Shown here one piece after another: positions 1 through 10,376 of a DNA stretch of 64,000 nt. The position numbers and the translations under genes are program-made. How positions within the stretch are numbered: position 1 is the first letter of the stretch; each line of letters begins with the position of its first letter. The stretch spans positions 9,624-73,623 of IMG/VR virus record IMGVR_UViG_2974644787_000001; one strand, given 5' to 3'. The DNA comes from a virus. Lineage: Duplodnaviria; Caudoviricetes. The notes below the pieces were generated by a model. That model saw only the letters and a program-made list of their open reading frames with translations, was not told where the DNA came from and did not search any database.

Positions 1-251
1 CAAATGATTTACCTACGATGAAAGAGGAAGCGGAAGATTATGTGGCTCGCGGAATTATAACGAAAGAACAGGGTAAGAAAATGGCCCGTCTCGGTCTCTT
101 ACGTGGAAATCAATTTTTCAGCCAAGAGTTTGGAAAAATTTTCTCAGATGAGGGACAAGCTCAAGGTGGTGAGGAGGAGCAATCTCCTATTGCAAGCGAG
201 AGTCATGGAGAATTGCCGTGGGGTGAGGAAGATTTTCTACCTAGTACGTAG
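1..251 (+). CDS. 3' end of a gene running in from outside the window; possibly portal C-terminus
   Basis: The frame of ORF 18..251 is open back to the window edge, has an acidic low-complexity tail, and lies just upstream of the head genes. Portal identity is positional inference only. Confidence 0.3.
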   Translation, partial: NDLPTMKEEAEDYVARGIITKEQGKKMARLGLLRGNQFFSQEFGKIFSDEGQAQGGEEEQSPIASESHGELPWGEEDFLPST

Positions 252-277
252 TTATAAAAAATTTAGAAGGACAGAAC

Positions 278-883
278 ATGGAAAATAAAAACGAAACAAA
301 AGAACAAGTGGCCGTGGAAGAAACACCGGAGACATTCACGGAAGAAGTAATGGAAGACTCTGAGAGCGTACAGACGGCCGTAGTGGAAGGCGTTGATACT
401 GTTTCTGGGGATGGAACAGGTGAACCCCTTCCCGAATTTGATCAGGAAAATCCTTCCGATCTTAAAGATGGAAATGTATTAAATCCACCTCCTGAAATTG
501 AAGAAGAAAACTTGGGAGAGGAAGCCTCTGCAGAAGATCTAGGGATAGGTTTCATTCAAGGGGAAATTGATCACTTAAGTGAACAAGAGAAAACGGAATT
601 GGGATACACGATTTCCGATATACTCGCTACTCCTAACCAATCGCAATCTATAATCGTATCCATGGTTATAAATGCTATTTTGGATAAAGTTGGTAGTGTA
701 AATCCAAATGCAATCGAGGCTCTTGGACAATTATCAACTCAAATTGTAGAACGCGCGGCCACTCAAGAATATCTCACGCTTGTTTCCGAATTTGAGGGTG
801 TTGTTTCTAGTGGATTGCCGAATGCTACTAAGTTGTCTTTATACTCACAGCAGTTAGATCAATTTGCAAAACGATTGGGGTAA
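278..883 (+). CDS. acidic hypothetical phage protein
   Basis: 201-aa ORF, AGGA SD upstream, very E/D-rich N-terminal half. Confidence 0.75.
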   Translation: MENKNETKEQVAVEETPETFTEEVMEDSESVQTAVVEGVDTVSGDGTGEPLPEFDQENPSDLKDGNVLNPPPEIEEENLGEEASAEDLGIGFIQGEIDHLSEQEKTELGYTISDILATPNQSQSIIVSMVINAILDKVGSVNPNAIEALGQLSTQIVERAATQEYLTLVSEFEGVVSSGLPNATKLSLYSQQLDQFAKRLG

Positions 884-1847
884 AGAGTCCCCCTTTTTGC
901 GAAGTAAAGCAGGAAGGGAATTTCAGCTAATTGTTGGGGATAGGCTCAAGTGGATAGAATATGTCGTGCTTGGTCCTGACTCCCCTACTATGTACGCATC
1001 AAAACTTTATTTTAAGAAAGGTGTATTAAATTGGGGAAAAAATCTTTTTGCCAGATTATTCCCTACTATTTCTTCGAAAACATTCCCAATAAAAATGCGA
1101 CCGACTGTTATAAGCATTGGAAAAGATACAGTTCACGAAGATTTGCCGGATCCTCAAAACCTGGAATTCGATGAATGGTTGTTTGATTATTTGGAAACAG
1201 ACTGGAACCCTACTTATAAAGCAATAGGGGAATCAGGAACATTGCTCGGATACCTTTCTGGTTATTTGACAGGTGAACTAAAACTTCCAATGGAAACTGT
1301 CACTGAAATGGGGATCCAAGATTATGACAAAGCCTTAAAGCATAAACTTGGGTTTGGAATTGAGGAAATTTTCGAAAAAGAAAAGATAGTCTCGAAAAAA
1401 GAAGTCACAAGGCTTGCGACTGAATACGCAAAGAAACACGGAGCGGAATGGCTTGCGATATACAAGCGAGATGACCAGGGTGAAATAATCTATGGAGAAG
1501 ATGGGCAACCTATAAGAGGTGGAAAGCCTTATGAGTACCTAACACAAATGTGGCGCGATATGATCGTTACAGCAATTCAAGAAGGGAAGACGCTTGAACA
1601 AATGCAAAGCGATTTTGCTTATCCAGATCTAATGGACCTAGTTGATAAAGGGACAATTTCACCTGAAACTTATTTGGAATTACTCAATGGGAAAGAATCC
1701 GAATTGCTTCAATTGCGTTTGAATAGAAATTTTCGACGATTTGCCTGGACAGAGGCAAGTATGGCATTCAATGCTGGAAGAATCCGTGCTATGAGTGAAA
1801 TGGGGATCAATTATGGTATATTCCGAAAAGGGCAAAGAGTGATGTAA
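864..1847 (+). CDS. MuF-like (minor head/head morphogenesis) protein, N-terminal part
   Basis: ATEYAKKHGAEWL and NRNFRRFAWTEASMAFNAGR match the MuF R-xx-A-x-TE-xxx-A-x-N-x-G pattern; the Cys/His C-terminal part is missing here. TTG start uncertain. Confidence 0.55.
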   Translation: MQNDWGKESPFLRSKAGREFQLIVGDRLKWIEYVVLGPDSPTMYASKLYFKKGVLNWGKNLFARLFPTISSKTFPIKMRPTVISIGKDTVHEDLPDPQNLEFDEWLFDYLETDWNPTYKAIGESGTLLGYLSGYLTGELKLPMETVTEMGIQDYDKALKHKLGFGIEEIFEKEKIVSKKEVTRLATEYAKKHGAEWLAIYKRDDQGEIIYGEDGQPIRGGKPYEYLTQMWRDMIVTAIQEGKTLEQMQSDFAYPDLMDLVDKGTISPETYLELLNGKESELLQLRLNRNFRRFAWTEASMAFNAGRIRAMSEMGINYGIFRKGQRVM

Positions 1848-2308
1848 TGACTGATCATTATAAAGAGCATTTAGAATTTCTTAGGCGAGTAATTTTAAAA
1901 AAGTTTGAAGATGCAAATAAGCGTCACCAAACATGGCACGATATTACACCGATTGAGGATCCTTGGGAAAAGAAGTATTGGCTCATGCTTAAGGATATTT
2001 TGGATCGAGTTGATAGTTATATAAAATCGACTCCACCAAAACGTTCTGGAAGAGAGGTCGTTCTAGATGCAATGGCCTTCTCAGAAATGACAGAATTTTT
2101 AGATCCTAAAAGTGCAGTTTCTAAATACAGAAATGAAATGGACACGGATGAGTTCGAAACTCTCGGTATCGTTCTGCTCTCTGTGAGGAAAGCGGGAGAA
2201 GAAATCTATCTAGATGTTTCTGGATCAACATTTACCCAAGAGCAAAAACTCGCAGTCATAGAATCCGCAAAAGAGGTAATCGAGCGGAATGGTGGGAAAT
2301 ATAACTAA
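1847..2308 (+). CDS. hypothetical protein
   Basis: 153-aa ORF coupled by TAATG overlaps on both sides. Confidence 0.75.
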   Translation: MTDHYKEHLEFLRRVILKKFEDANKRHQTWHDITPIEDPWEKKYWLMLKDILDRVDSYIKSTPPKRSGREVVLDAMAFSEMTEFLDPKSAVSKYRNEMDTDEFETLGIVLLSVRKAGEEIYLDVSGSTFTQEQKLAVIESAKEVIERNGGKYN

Positions 2309-3462
2309 TGGCAAAGCAATATCTTTCTGGTGGCGGGAATCCATTTGGAGTTACCCCTGCGCCTTCAGTATTTAATCCTAATCCTCCAGATGATCTCATC
2401 AGTAGGCAAGGCGAGCCTGCAATTTGGATCCGTGCAATTCCTAAAATAGGTGATCTAGACGAAACAAAAATGGCGATTCCAGGAAGTGATTCTCAATTGT
2501 ATCGAATAGAACGATATCGACGAATGCCAACGGAAACATTGAATCCGATGTTTTACGATGGCAATGTCGTCCAAACGAAATACGGACCAATATCAAAAAT
2601 CAGGTCTCTGAAAGTGTTTCGGAATAATGATTTCGGAGGGAATTTTAATCTATCAATTGAGAGTTTTGAGCACAATAGAATTAAGCTAAAACCAAATATT
2701 GAATTCCAAGAATATTACCAATTGGATTGTGATTACGATATTGAATCTTTTACAAAATTTGAAAATGTTCCATTTATTCAAGAGGAAGACGGATATTTAC
2801 TCCATCCAGTTCAAGAAGATATCATTGTAATAGTCGATTCGGTTTGGAGAGAACGTCCTGACAAATCGGGTTATGATGAAATTGGATTCAAATATGATTT
2901 TACCAAAATCTCATGTGAGACAGTGGCAGAAGCGGGTCGAAGATATTTATTAAGCTACGTTACATTTTCGCCAATTAAAATTGGTTATAAAACTATCGAT
3001 ACTAAAGATGCTCGATTAGCAGAGAAAATGTTAGATGTCCAGTCAGGGGATATAGATATCGTAGTCGGTTCTGGTTTAAACCTTTCAAAAGATGACATAC
3101 TGATTCCACTTCGAACTCTAAGGACAGAGAAAGAAATCCTGCAAAAAGATAAAGAAGGAAGATATCCAGTTAAATATAGCCCACTCAGAGAGATTGTGGC
3201 CATCTATACTGACTCTATCGAGTATGAAGACTTTTGGATCGAAGACAGTAGATACGTTCGCATCAATTCTAGCACTCTTCCAGAAAGAATAGTCTGTGTG
3301 TACCAATATAACCCGCGATATTCAATTATGCCAGATACAACAGCCTCGGCATTGGCAGAACGTATCCAACCAAGAAAATTTATTGGGAGGATTAATCAAA
3401 CGAGGCTTGATCTTGGAAGAATCTTTCGCGAATCAATTTATCGTTCGGTAGCGACAGACTGA
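2308..3462 (+). CDS. putative virion neck/head-closure protein
   Basis: 384 aa, translationally coupled in the head module; N-terminal DDLISRQGEPAIWIRAIP resembles Herelle-like neck proteins. Confidence 0.4.
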   Translation: MAKQYLSGGGNPFGVTPAPSVFNPNPPDDLISRQGEPAIWIRAIPKIGDLDETKMAIPGSDSQLYRIERYRRMPTETLNPMFYDGNVVQTKYGPISKIRSLKVFRNNDFGGNFNLSIESFEHNRIKLKPNIEFQEYYQLDCDYDIESFTKFENVPFIQEEDGYLLHPVQEDIIVIVDSVWRERPDKSGYDEIGFKYDFTKISCETVAEAGRRYLLSYVTFSPIKIGYKTIDTKDARLAEKMLDVQSGDIDIVVGSGLNLSKDDILIPLRTLRTEKEILQKDKEGRYPVKYSPLREIVAIYTDSIEYEDFWIEDSRYVRINSSTLPERIVCVYQYNPRYSIMPDTTASALAERIQPRKFIGRINQTRLDLGRIFRESIYRSVATD

Positions 3463-3475
3463 AAACGAAAAAAGC

Positions 3476-3513
3476 TTGAATTCTCGCATAGGGGGTGCCC
3501 TTGTCACTTCCCA
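3476..3513 (+). promoter_or_regulatory. putative late promoter copy 1
   Basis: TTGAAT(3476)-N19-TTGTCA(3501)-CTTCCC-ATG(3513). Confidence 0.7.
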
Positions 3514-6500
3514 TGTCAAACTCCGCATCCAGTATTATACTGAACTTTATTAAAGGAACAAAAGGATCAGTCGGCCAAAACGTTAAGTATTATAAACGGG
3601 AATTAAAAGCAAAAGGTGGTTATCGATATTGGTATTCGAAGGAAGAATACGAAAAAGATCATCGGGAGAAAAAACCAAGTAAAGAGCTTGGGATATTAGA
3701 AAGAATTGCAGGCTTTTTCAAAACCGATCCTAGCGAAGCTAAGAAAGTTCCAAAAAAGGAATATGAAACTCACTCAATTTCCGAAAAAGGTATTTCCTAT
3801 CCAGAGTGGACTACTCACTTCGCAAAATATTTTGAACGTAAAGCAGAATATGATGCAAGATTTAACCAAGAGAAAACGGCAACAGCAACTAACGGTAAAA
3901 TTATAGACAAAAATCAAGAAACTGTTACAAAGATTGCAGATCAAAAATCGGAATCCAAATCGATTTATAAAACTTCGATATTCCGGACTTTATTTAATTT
4001 ATACGGAGAAAAAAATGTCATCGAAAGTAACACCGGAAGCACTTTACCAGAAAATCAAAGAGAGGAATCTATCACCTCTGATGCAATACACTCCACAGTG
4101 GATTTACGAGAGCCTGGCAGGGATTTGCGAAGCGGAAAAGAAACAAATCACGATGGAAAACCTTCTCCTTTACTCGGGGACTCTAAACGTGGATCTGGAC
4201 ATGATGTTCTCAGGGGGGAGCGATTAAAGAGTTTTTCTTCCCAAGTAAAATTCATTTCGACTATGCTCGAAGAAAAGGGCATAGATATTGAGAAGGACCT
4301 AAACAAACCAGGTCACATCGGTCTTACTTATCGTAACCTACTTGAGTTTATCGATTCAATGCCTAAGGAAACGAAAGCTCAAATCAAAAAAACATTCTCA
4401 CAAATTGATTTTAAAAATGGAGATATCAAACATTACTTAGATTTTCTCGTAAATGGGATGATCCAATCAAAAGGGTTGGGAGCCAATTCAAATGTTTCTT
4501 TGTCAAAGGAAACTGAAATAACGGACCCAAACGCTCTATCTGAAGCGATGATAGGTAATCAGAATGCAAAAAAAGATTCTCCATCTTTTCAACTCATCCA
4601 GGAATCAGTTTCAGAACCTAAAGGATTCCAGAAAGAAAATAACCTTTTCGGAATAACTCCTCAAACAGAAAGGAAAATTCTTAATTCCAGCTTTCAGCCA
4701 AAACTTCAAGTATCGGAGGTAAAAACCATTCCTGAATTCGTTACAATGGTCAAAGATGCACTTCTGAAAGAAGGTCTTGATCAGAAAGCAGAGGAATGGG
4801 TAGACCAAGCATACAAAAGCGATGCGAAATCATTGAACGATTTACTAAATAAAGCATACCGCTTTGTTCAAATTAGTTCTGACGATTCTAATAAGATCCG
4901 GAAAGGATTAAAATCAATTCCTCACCAATCAAACTTAGAAACTGCTTCTAAAAACGTTGAGATAGTTAAAGAGAAGTTTTCCCAAAAAAAACAATTTGAA
5001 ATCAATTCGAAGTGCAAACAGATTCTAGCATCGACTCCACCAAGCCAAATCACGGAAGAACAAAAAGAAATACTTCGCCAATATGAAGGCTCAGGTGGGC
5101 AGTCAACCAACGACGATGCGGAATCGAATCGTGGAATGCTCTACCAATTTTTCACACCAAGGAAAATGATTTCTAAAGTTCAGGATATCATGGCCAGGTA
5201 TCTAAAGCCAGGTGACTCTGGACTAGAACCTAGTGCTGGTATTGGACGTTTCGCTGAAGGCGAAGGTTCAAAATACAATTGGGATATGCTCGAATACAAT
5301 CCTGATGACAATACAGCCTTTCAAATCGCGCGGATCCTTCATCCCGATGCAAATGTTTCTGACAAAGCTTTCGAAACGTTATTTGTGGATTCAAAAAACA
5401 GATCTGTCGGTGAAAACTACAAAGGTAAGAAATACAAGTTTATCTCAGGGAATCCACCTTACGGAGAAATGTCGGGAAAATTCAAAGCCATCGAAGGGAA
5501 AGGTTGGAATCGTTACGAACACTACTTCATAAATAGAGGTCTTGATACTCTTGAGGAAGGCGGGACAATGTTCTATGTGGTCCCTTCCACTTTCTTACAA
5601 GCTGGTGAAACAACGTGGAAAAAGAAGATATTCGCGAAAGCTGAATTACTGGAAGCATATCGAATGCCTGAAGGTTCATTTGGGAATACTGCAATCGGTG
5701 TTGATGTAATTGTTCTTAGAAAGAATACTACCGGTACTCAGGATAACGCAAACGCTTTCAATGGTAAGTATTTCGAAGAGAATCCGGAACATGTATTTGG
5801 AGATACACTAGAAAGAACCAACAGATTTGGACGGCCAGAAACCTATGTGAAAGGCAAAGCAGATGCTTTCTATAGTATGACTCTCCCTTCCCCCAAGGAA
5901 ATGTCTCAGGCTCAAAAGGATGCAATTTCACTTGGCCTCATGGGAAATGATAATGCCAAAGGGAAACGAAAAGCAGAAATTGCGGAAGGAACAAAGAAGG
6001 TCAATAAAACGGCCACAAAAAAAGAAGAAATCAAGAATACGATCGCTGAGAAGAAAGATCCTACAAAGAAAATTGATACTTATACTCAGGAAGAATTTAA
6101 TACAAAATTCAATAAGAAGTTCACAGAAAAGGACCTAGAACTTGTTCGGAACACTTCACCTACTGGAATTATCGATGAAAAAATTCCATTCGATTCGGAA
6201 AGCATGGCAGTCCTTCCAGGTGGTGCAAGAACACCGCTTTATCTCTATAAGGCTGGCAATATAAAACAGAAATTAATTGAACTCGAAAATTCAAAAGATG
6301 AATTGATCGCGGATTATGGCGAAGAACAATTTGAACGTCAAAGAAAACTTCTGATTTCAAAGGTTCCACCTAAGATCAAAATCGAGGATATTACGTTAAC
6401 TCCAATTGAACCTTTTTCCAAGGGAATGGTTTTCGATAACGGAGACGGAAGTGAATCGACTCTTATTCAGAAATTCAAGGATTGGGTTTTAGGACAAAAA

Positions 6501-9428
6501 GTAGAATTTGGCTATGGTAGAAGGAGGCAGGTTCGGTATGAAGGTGGCATCGATCCAAAACTTTTCAATGGTTACTCGGTAACGCGGGAAGACATTATTG
6601 ATTATGTAGACGGAGAGAGAGTAAGGCGAAGCCAAGATTTTTCCAATGACCTAAGAAAAGAAGAACGTAAAACCCTCGGTAATAAATATTTCAAAGAGTT
6701 TATGGATACCGTGCTAACTCCATCCGAAAAAGCAAAAGTCGAATTGGAGTGGAATGATAGATATAACGTCAATGCAAACATCGATGGATCTGAAATCCCA
6801 GTCCTCTTGGAAGGTATGTCGAAAACTTACAAGGGCGAAATCCAAGACCCTAGAGATTTGCAAATGGAGTTTGTTGCCAGATATATGGCCAAAGGCGTTG
6901 GATGTGCAACACATGAAGTCGGCCTCGGTAAAACTTGGTCCGGGATCATGTCCACTGTCTCGGCAATGCAGGCAGGAAGAACGAAAAAACCGTTGATCGT
7001 TGTCCCTACTTCAGTTTTAGAAAAATGGTATACGGAAGCTAAAGAACGATTCCCGAATGTTCCTTTCCAAATGGTAGGTACTCCGGAGCTAAATAAACTT
7101 ACGGCCGACCAAGGTGGCAAATACACTCCTCCGGAAGGGACAGTTACAATCATGTCTTATAATGCGTTTGAAACCTTTGGATTCTCAGACGAAATTTATA
7201 GCGAGCTCACTTCAGATATCAAAGATAAGATAATAGATCCAAAATCAACAGAAGGGAAAAAAGGAAATTCCAAATCAAGAACGGAAGCTAAAGACCAGGA
7301 GAAAGTAGAAGGGAAAATGTCCCTGGCTTTAAAAGGTACTTCAAATCAACTTAAATTTGATGAAGCGGGTTTTGATCACCTAACAGTTGACGAAGCACAC
7401 AATTTTAATAACATCTTTACGGACCAAGCATCTGGCCGATTCGGGAATAATCAAGGCGCAAGTGAAGATCCACTTACTAAAGGGAAAGAGGATGATGAGA
7501 AGGAATCTGTAAACGAATACGCTGGTATCACTGGTGGAACTCCGTCAAGTAGAGGATGGAAAATGTGGCTCGCATCTCAGTACGTCCAAAAGAGAAATAA
7601 CAACAGAAACGTTTTGCTACTCTCCGCAACTCCATTTACGAATAATCCTCTTCAGGTGTATTCATTGCTTTCTATGATTGCGCGGGAAAAATTGCAATCG
7701 CTTGGGATAAACTCTGTAAGAGATTTCCTTGGTGCGTTTGTAGAATCTCAAGCTGAAAACGTTGTAAAAGGTGATGGAACTATCATTCGTAAAAATGTTG
7801 TGAGAAGCTGGAAAAATGCACCTGCATTCCAGGATCTCATTGCTGAATTTTTCGAATTCAAGTCAGGCGATAAGAATGGAGTCAAAAGACCAAAGCTAAA
7901 ACTAAAAGCTGTCACTATTCCTTTGTCTGAAGAACAAATTCAAATTCGAGACCAATTGGAATCGATGTATGATGCAAGAGATAAGGATGGTAACCCTCTT
8001 CCTGGAGCTCCACTTGTCTCCATTGGGGTTCAGCAGCTAATGGGCGTTTCCCCTGCACTTGTAAAAAAAGGCGAAGGCGCAATTTGGGATACGGAGGAAG
8101 CTACTGGTATCAATCCAAATGGGTCGAGGGATTTCGTAGAGCGATCCCCTAAATTGAAATATATTTGCGATTCAATCGCTGGCTTTTACAAAGCGCATCA
8201 GGATGCAAAACCTGGTGAACCTATCCCTGGACAAATTTTCTTCCTACCGAAAGGCGTAGAGCGAATCAAAGAAGTAAAAGAGTATTTGGTAAGCGTGAAA
8301 GGTCTTCCACCTGAAGCTGTTGAATTTCTTGATGCAAAATCTAAAACGGATCCAGCGAAAGATGTCGATTTGAAAAATAAAGGGATCAAACGGTTTACGG
8401 AGATTACGAATGATTTCAATAACATAAACGGTAAATGTAAAATCATAATCGGAACGGATGTGATTAAAGAAGGTGTAGATCTAAACGGGAATACTGCGGT
8501 TGCATATAACTCTTGTATCGATTGGAACCCTACTACTGAAGTTCAGAAGCGTGGCCGTCACCATAGACCCGGAAACCTGTTGAGTAACGTAATGTGGGTT
8601 GATGTTCTCATGGAAGATTCAATCGATTCCAAACTCTATCAAAAGCAAGGGGAAAAGATTTCAAGGATCAATCAAGTATTTGAGAAAGATGGATCAAAGG
8701 CCATAGACATTTCCGAGATTAATCCAGATGAAATGAAATTGGATTTAATCCGTGACCCTATTAGAAAGGCCCGGTTGTCTTTGTTAGAAGAATCTCAGAA
8801 AATCAATGTAAAGGCTCGCGAAGCACAATCACAAGCACTCATGTATGCCGGACTTTCAAATGATTTTGAATCGCTTACTAAAGAAATCACTGAACTCGAA
8901 GTTGATCTCTTAGATAACGAGAAATACTTAAAAGAGCAAATTGATGAAATGAAAGCAAGTGGTTTGGAAAAGAAAGATTGGGAAAATAAATGGAACTACA
9001 AGTGGGCAAAAGATAAAGTAGCAAAATCTAAAAAAGATATCTCGGAAGCAAAACGTAAACTTGAGAGAGTTGAAAACCAATTAAAATCCAAAGGCGTAAA
9101 TGAGAAGACTGCTATAAAAGAAGCTGAAAAATTCCAAGCAATTGCGGACAAACTTTTTGAGCAAGTGAGAGAGTATAAGGATCCAGAAACTCAAAAGAAA
9201 CTCGCCAAAAAATTTGCAGATGAAATTGCCAAGAGGGATAAAGACAAAATCAAAACTCCTCTCGATCAAATGGTTCAATCCCAGGTAGCAGAAGTCCTTG
9301 AAATGGTAGGAATCAAACAAATTCAGAAATCTCACTCTTCACAATTGAGTGATAGAAGAATCATAACCCAAGCAAAGATCACAATTTTCAATTTCGTAAA
9401 AGGTAAAAAACATGGCTCGACCGTTTAA
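3513..9428 (+). CDS. DarB-like polyvalent protein: N6-adenine DNA methyltransferase + SNF2/SF2 helicase
   Basis: MTase motif I LEPSAGIGRF and motif IV GNPPYG; helicase Walker A HEVGLGKT, Walker B VDEAH, LLSATP and QKRGRHHRPG. Start moved to ATG 3513 after the promoter motif (1971 aa). Confidence 0.85.
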   Translation: MSNSASSIILNFIKGTKGSVGQNVKYYKRELKAKGGYRYWYSKEEYEKDHREKKPSKELGILERIAGFFKTDPSEAKKVPKKEYETHSISEKGISYPEWTTHFAKYFERKAEYDARFNQEKTATATNGKIIDKNQETVTKIADQKSESKSIYKTSIFRTLFNLYGEKNVIESNTGSTLPENQREESITSDAIHSTVDLREPGRDLRSGKETNHDGKPSPLLGDSKRGSGHDVLRGERLKSFSSQVKFISTMLEEKGIDIEKDLNKPGHIGLTYRNLLEFIDSMPKETKAQIKKTFSQIDFKNGDIKHYLDFLVNGMIQSKGLGANSNVSLSKETEITDPNALSEAMIGNQNAKKDSPSFQLIQESVSEPKGFQKENNLFGITPQTERKILNSSFQPKLQVSEVKTIPEFVTMVKDALLKEGLDQKAEEWVDQAYKSDAKSLNDLLNKAYRFVQISSDDSNKIRKGLKSIPHQSNLETASKNVEIVKEKFSQKKQFEINSKCKQILASTPPSQITEEQKEILRQYEGSGGQSTNDDAESNRGMLYQFFTPRKMISKVQDIMARYLKPGDSGLEPSAGIGRFAEGEGSKYNWDMLEYNPDDNTAFQIARILHPDANVSDKAFETLFVDSKNRSVGENYKGKKYKFISGNPPYGEMSGKFKAIEGKGWNRYEHYFINRGLDTLEEGGTMFYVVPSTFLQAGETTWKKKIFAKAELLEAYRMPEGSFGNTAIGVDVIVLRKNTTGTQDNANAFNGKYFEENPEHVFGDTLERTNRFGRPETYVKGKADAFYSMTLPSPKEMSQAQKDAISLGLMGNDNAKGKRKAEIAEGTKKVNKTATKKEEIKNTIAEKKDPTKKIDTYTQEEFNTKFNKKFTEKDLELVRNTSPTGIIDEKIPFDSESMAVLPGGARTPLYLYKAGNIKQKLIELENSKDELIADYGEEQFERQRKLLISKVPPKIKIEDITLTPIEPFSKGMVFDNGDGSESTLIQKFKDWVLGQKVEFGYGRRRQVRYEGGIDPKLFNGYSVTREDIIDYVDGERVRRSQDFSNDLRKEERKTLGNKYFKEFMDTVLTPSEKAKVELEWNDRYNVNANIDGSEIPVLLEGMSKTYKGEIQDPRDLQMEFVARYMAKGVGCATHEVGLGKTWSGIMSTVSAMQAGRTKKPLIVVPTSVLEKWYTEAKERFPNVPFQMVGTPELNKLTADQGGKYTPPEGTVTIMSYNAFETFGFSDEIYSELTSDIKDKIIDPKSTEGKKGNSKSRTEAKDQEKVEGKMSLALKGTSNQLKFDEAGFDHLTVDEAHNFNNIFTDQASGRFGNNQGASEDPLTKGKEDDEKESVNEYAGITGGTPSSRGWKMWLASQYVQKRNNNRNVLLLSATPFTNNPLQVYSLLSMIAREKLQSLGINSVRDFLGAFVESQAENVVKGDGTIIRKNVVRSWKNAPAFQDLIAEFFEFKSGDKNGVKRPKLKLKAVTIPLSEEQIQIRDQLESMYDARDKDGNPLPGAPLVSIGVQQLMGVSPALVKKGEGAIWDTEEATGINPNGSRDFVERSPKLKYICDSIAGFYKAHQDAKPGEPIPGQIFFLPKGVERIKEVKEYLVSVKGLPPEAVEFLDAKSKTDPAKDVDLKNKGIKRFTEITNDFNNINGKCKIIIGTDVIKEGVDLNGNTAVAYNSCIDWNPTTEVQKRGRHHRPGNLLSNVMWVDVLMEDSIDSKLYQKQGEKISRINQVFEKDGSKAIDISEINPDEMKLDLIRDPIRKARLSLLEESQKINVKAREAQSQALMYAGLSNDFESLTKEITELEVDLLDNEKYLKEQIDEMKASGLEKKDWENKWNYKWAKDKVAKSKKDISEAKRKLERVENQLKSKGVNEKTAIKEAEKFQAIADKLFEQVREYKDPETQKKLAKKFADEIAKRDKDKIKTPLDQMVQSQVAEVLEMVGIKQIQKSHSSQLSDRRIITQAKITIFNFVKGKKHGSTV

Positions 9429-10362
9429 AGGGTTTCTATTCCAAAATCCCGATGAAAATGCAAATAGACACCTTTTGGAAAGGCTGTATGCAACAGAAAA
9501 TCCTGGTGAAATCGATCCATCTATTCCAAAGACCGGCGGGTGGGGAGCAATTGTAACTCCAGATGAGATCCGATATTCTTTAATGTCAGGTAACGGGCGA
9601 TTGGTGACGGTCGATGGATCGTATATCACAGACGAAAATTTAAAAGGATTCGTCGATCAGGTTACGCTTGCAATTTCTGAGGAATTGGAACATGAAATTT
9701 ATCCGACAATCTACAGGCATAGACCAAAAGGGAATCTACCGCGAGCAATTGAGCCTCATGCAAAGTGGTACGATGCTCACGATTATCAGAATTCAGATCT
9801 TGGTAATAATTTCTTTGTGGAACTTCGTAAAAAACCACTTCAGCGACTTATCACTTGGCAGTTTGTAAATCCGATTGGCCGGGACATGAACAATGAACCT
9901 ACCACCACAATTGTTGATTTCCAAAAGCGAGCGAGAATAATGTATGATCAAGGGATTTTACGTTCTATCGGGATCCTCGGTTCCAATGTCTCCTTTTCTG
10001 GTAACGCTGCGCTTCGATCGCAAAGGGTTTTCCAAGGCATGAGTCCAACCAAAATTCCAACTACTCATTATATTGATTTTATCTCAGGTTATGACTCTGC
10101 TTATCGAGTTCCAGCCGAACTAAGAGAGGTGATCGGACTTATAACAGCCATTAAAGTAATGTCGATCTATGGAGATGGGCGTGCCGCAGCCGTCGCTAGT
10201 TTTTCAGTAGGAGTAGGAGTGCTTCATGAATCTGTCAGCACTACTCAGTCAGCGACGAGCTCAATGTACGGAGCCCGTATCTTAGAATTGACTAACTATC
10301 TGAAGGCATGGTATGAAAAAAACATGAGTCGATATAGGTCAATGAGGGTGGCAATACTTTAA
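9412..10362 (+). CDS. head-tail adaptor/connector protein
   Basis: C-terminal VASFSVGVGVLHESVSTTQSATSSMYGARILEL is characteristic of this myophage adaptor family; sits in the head module. Confidence 0.6.
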   Translation: MARPFKGFLFQNPDENANRHLLERLYATENPGEIDPSIPKTGGWGAIVTPDEIRYSLMSGNGRLVTVDGSYITDENLKGFVDQVTLAISEELEHEIYPTIYRHRPKGNLPRAIEPHAKWYDAHDYQNSDLGNNFFVELRKKPLQRLITWQFVNPIGRDMNNEPTTTIVDFQKRARIMYDQGILRSIGILGSNVSFSGNAALRSQRVFQGMSPTKIPTTHYIDFISGYDSAYRVPAELREVIGLITAIKVMSIYGDGRAAAVASFSVGVGVLHESVSTTQSATSSMYGARILELTNYLKAWYEKNMSRYRSMRVAIL

Positions 10363-10376
10363 TTATTGCATTTGGA

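Noticed and set aside
3490-3505. sigma54 (-24 GG / -12 GC) reading of the late motif
   Set aside because: No TGGCAC element at the required distance in the other copies, and TTGT is not TTGC.
3501-3530. TTGTCA read as a sigma70 -35 box
   Set aside because: No TATAAT-like hexamer lies 16-18 nt downstream in the four TTGTCA copies checked (3501, 11546, 23118, 38413); the fixed 12-nt distance to ATG fits a -10 position.
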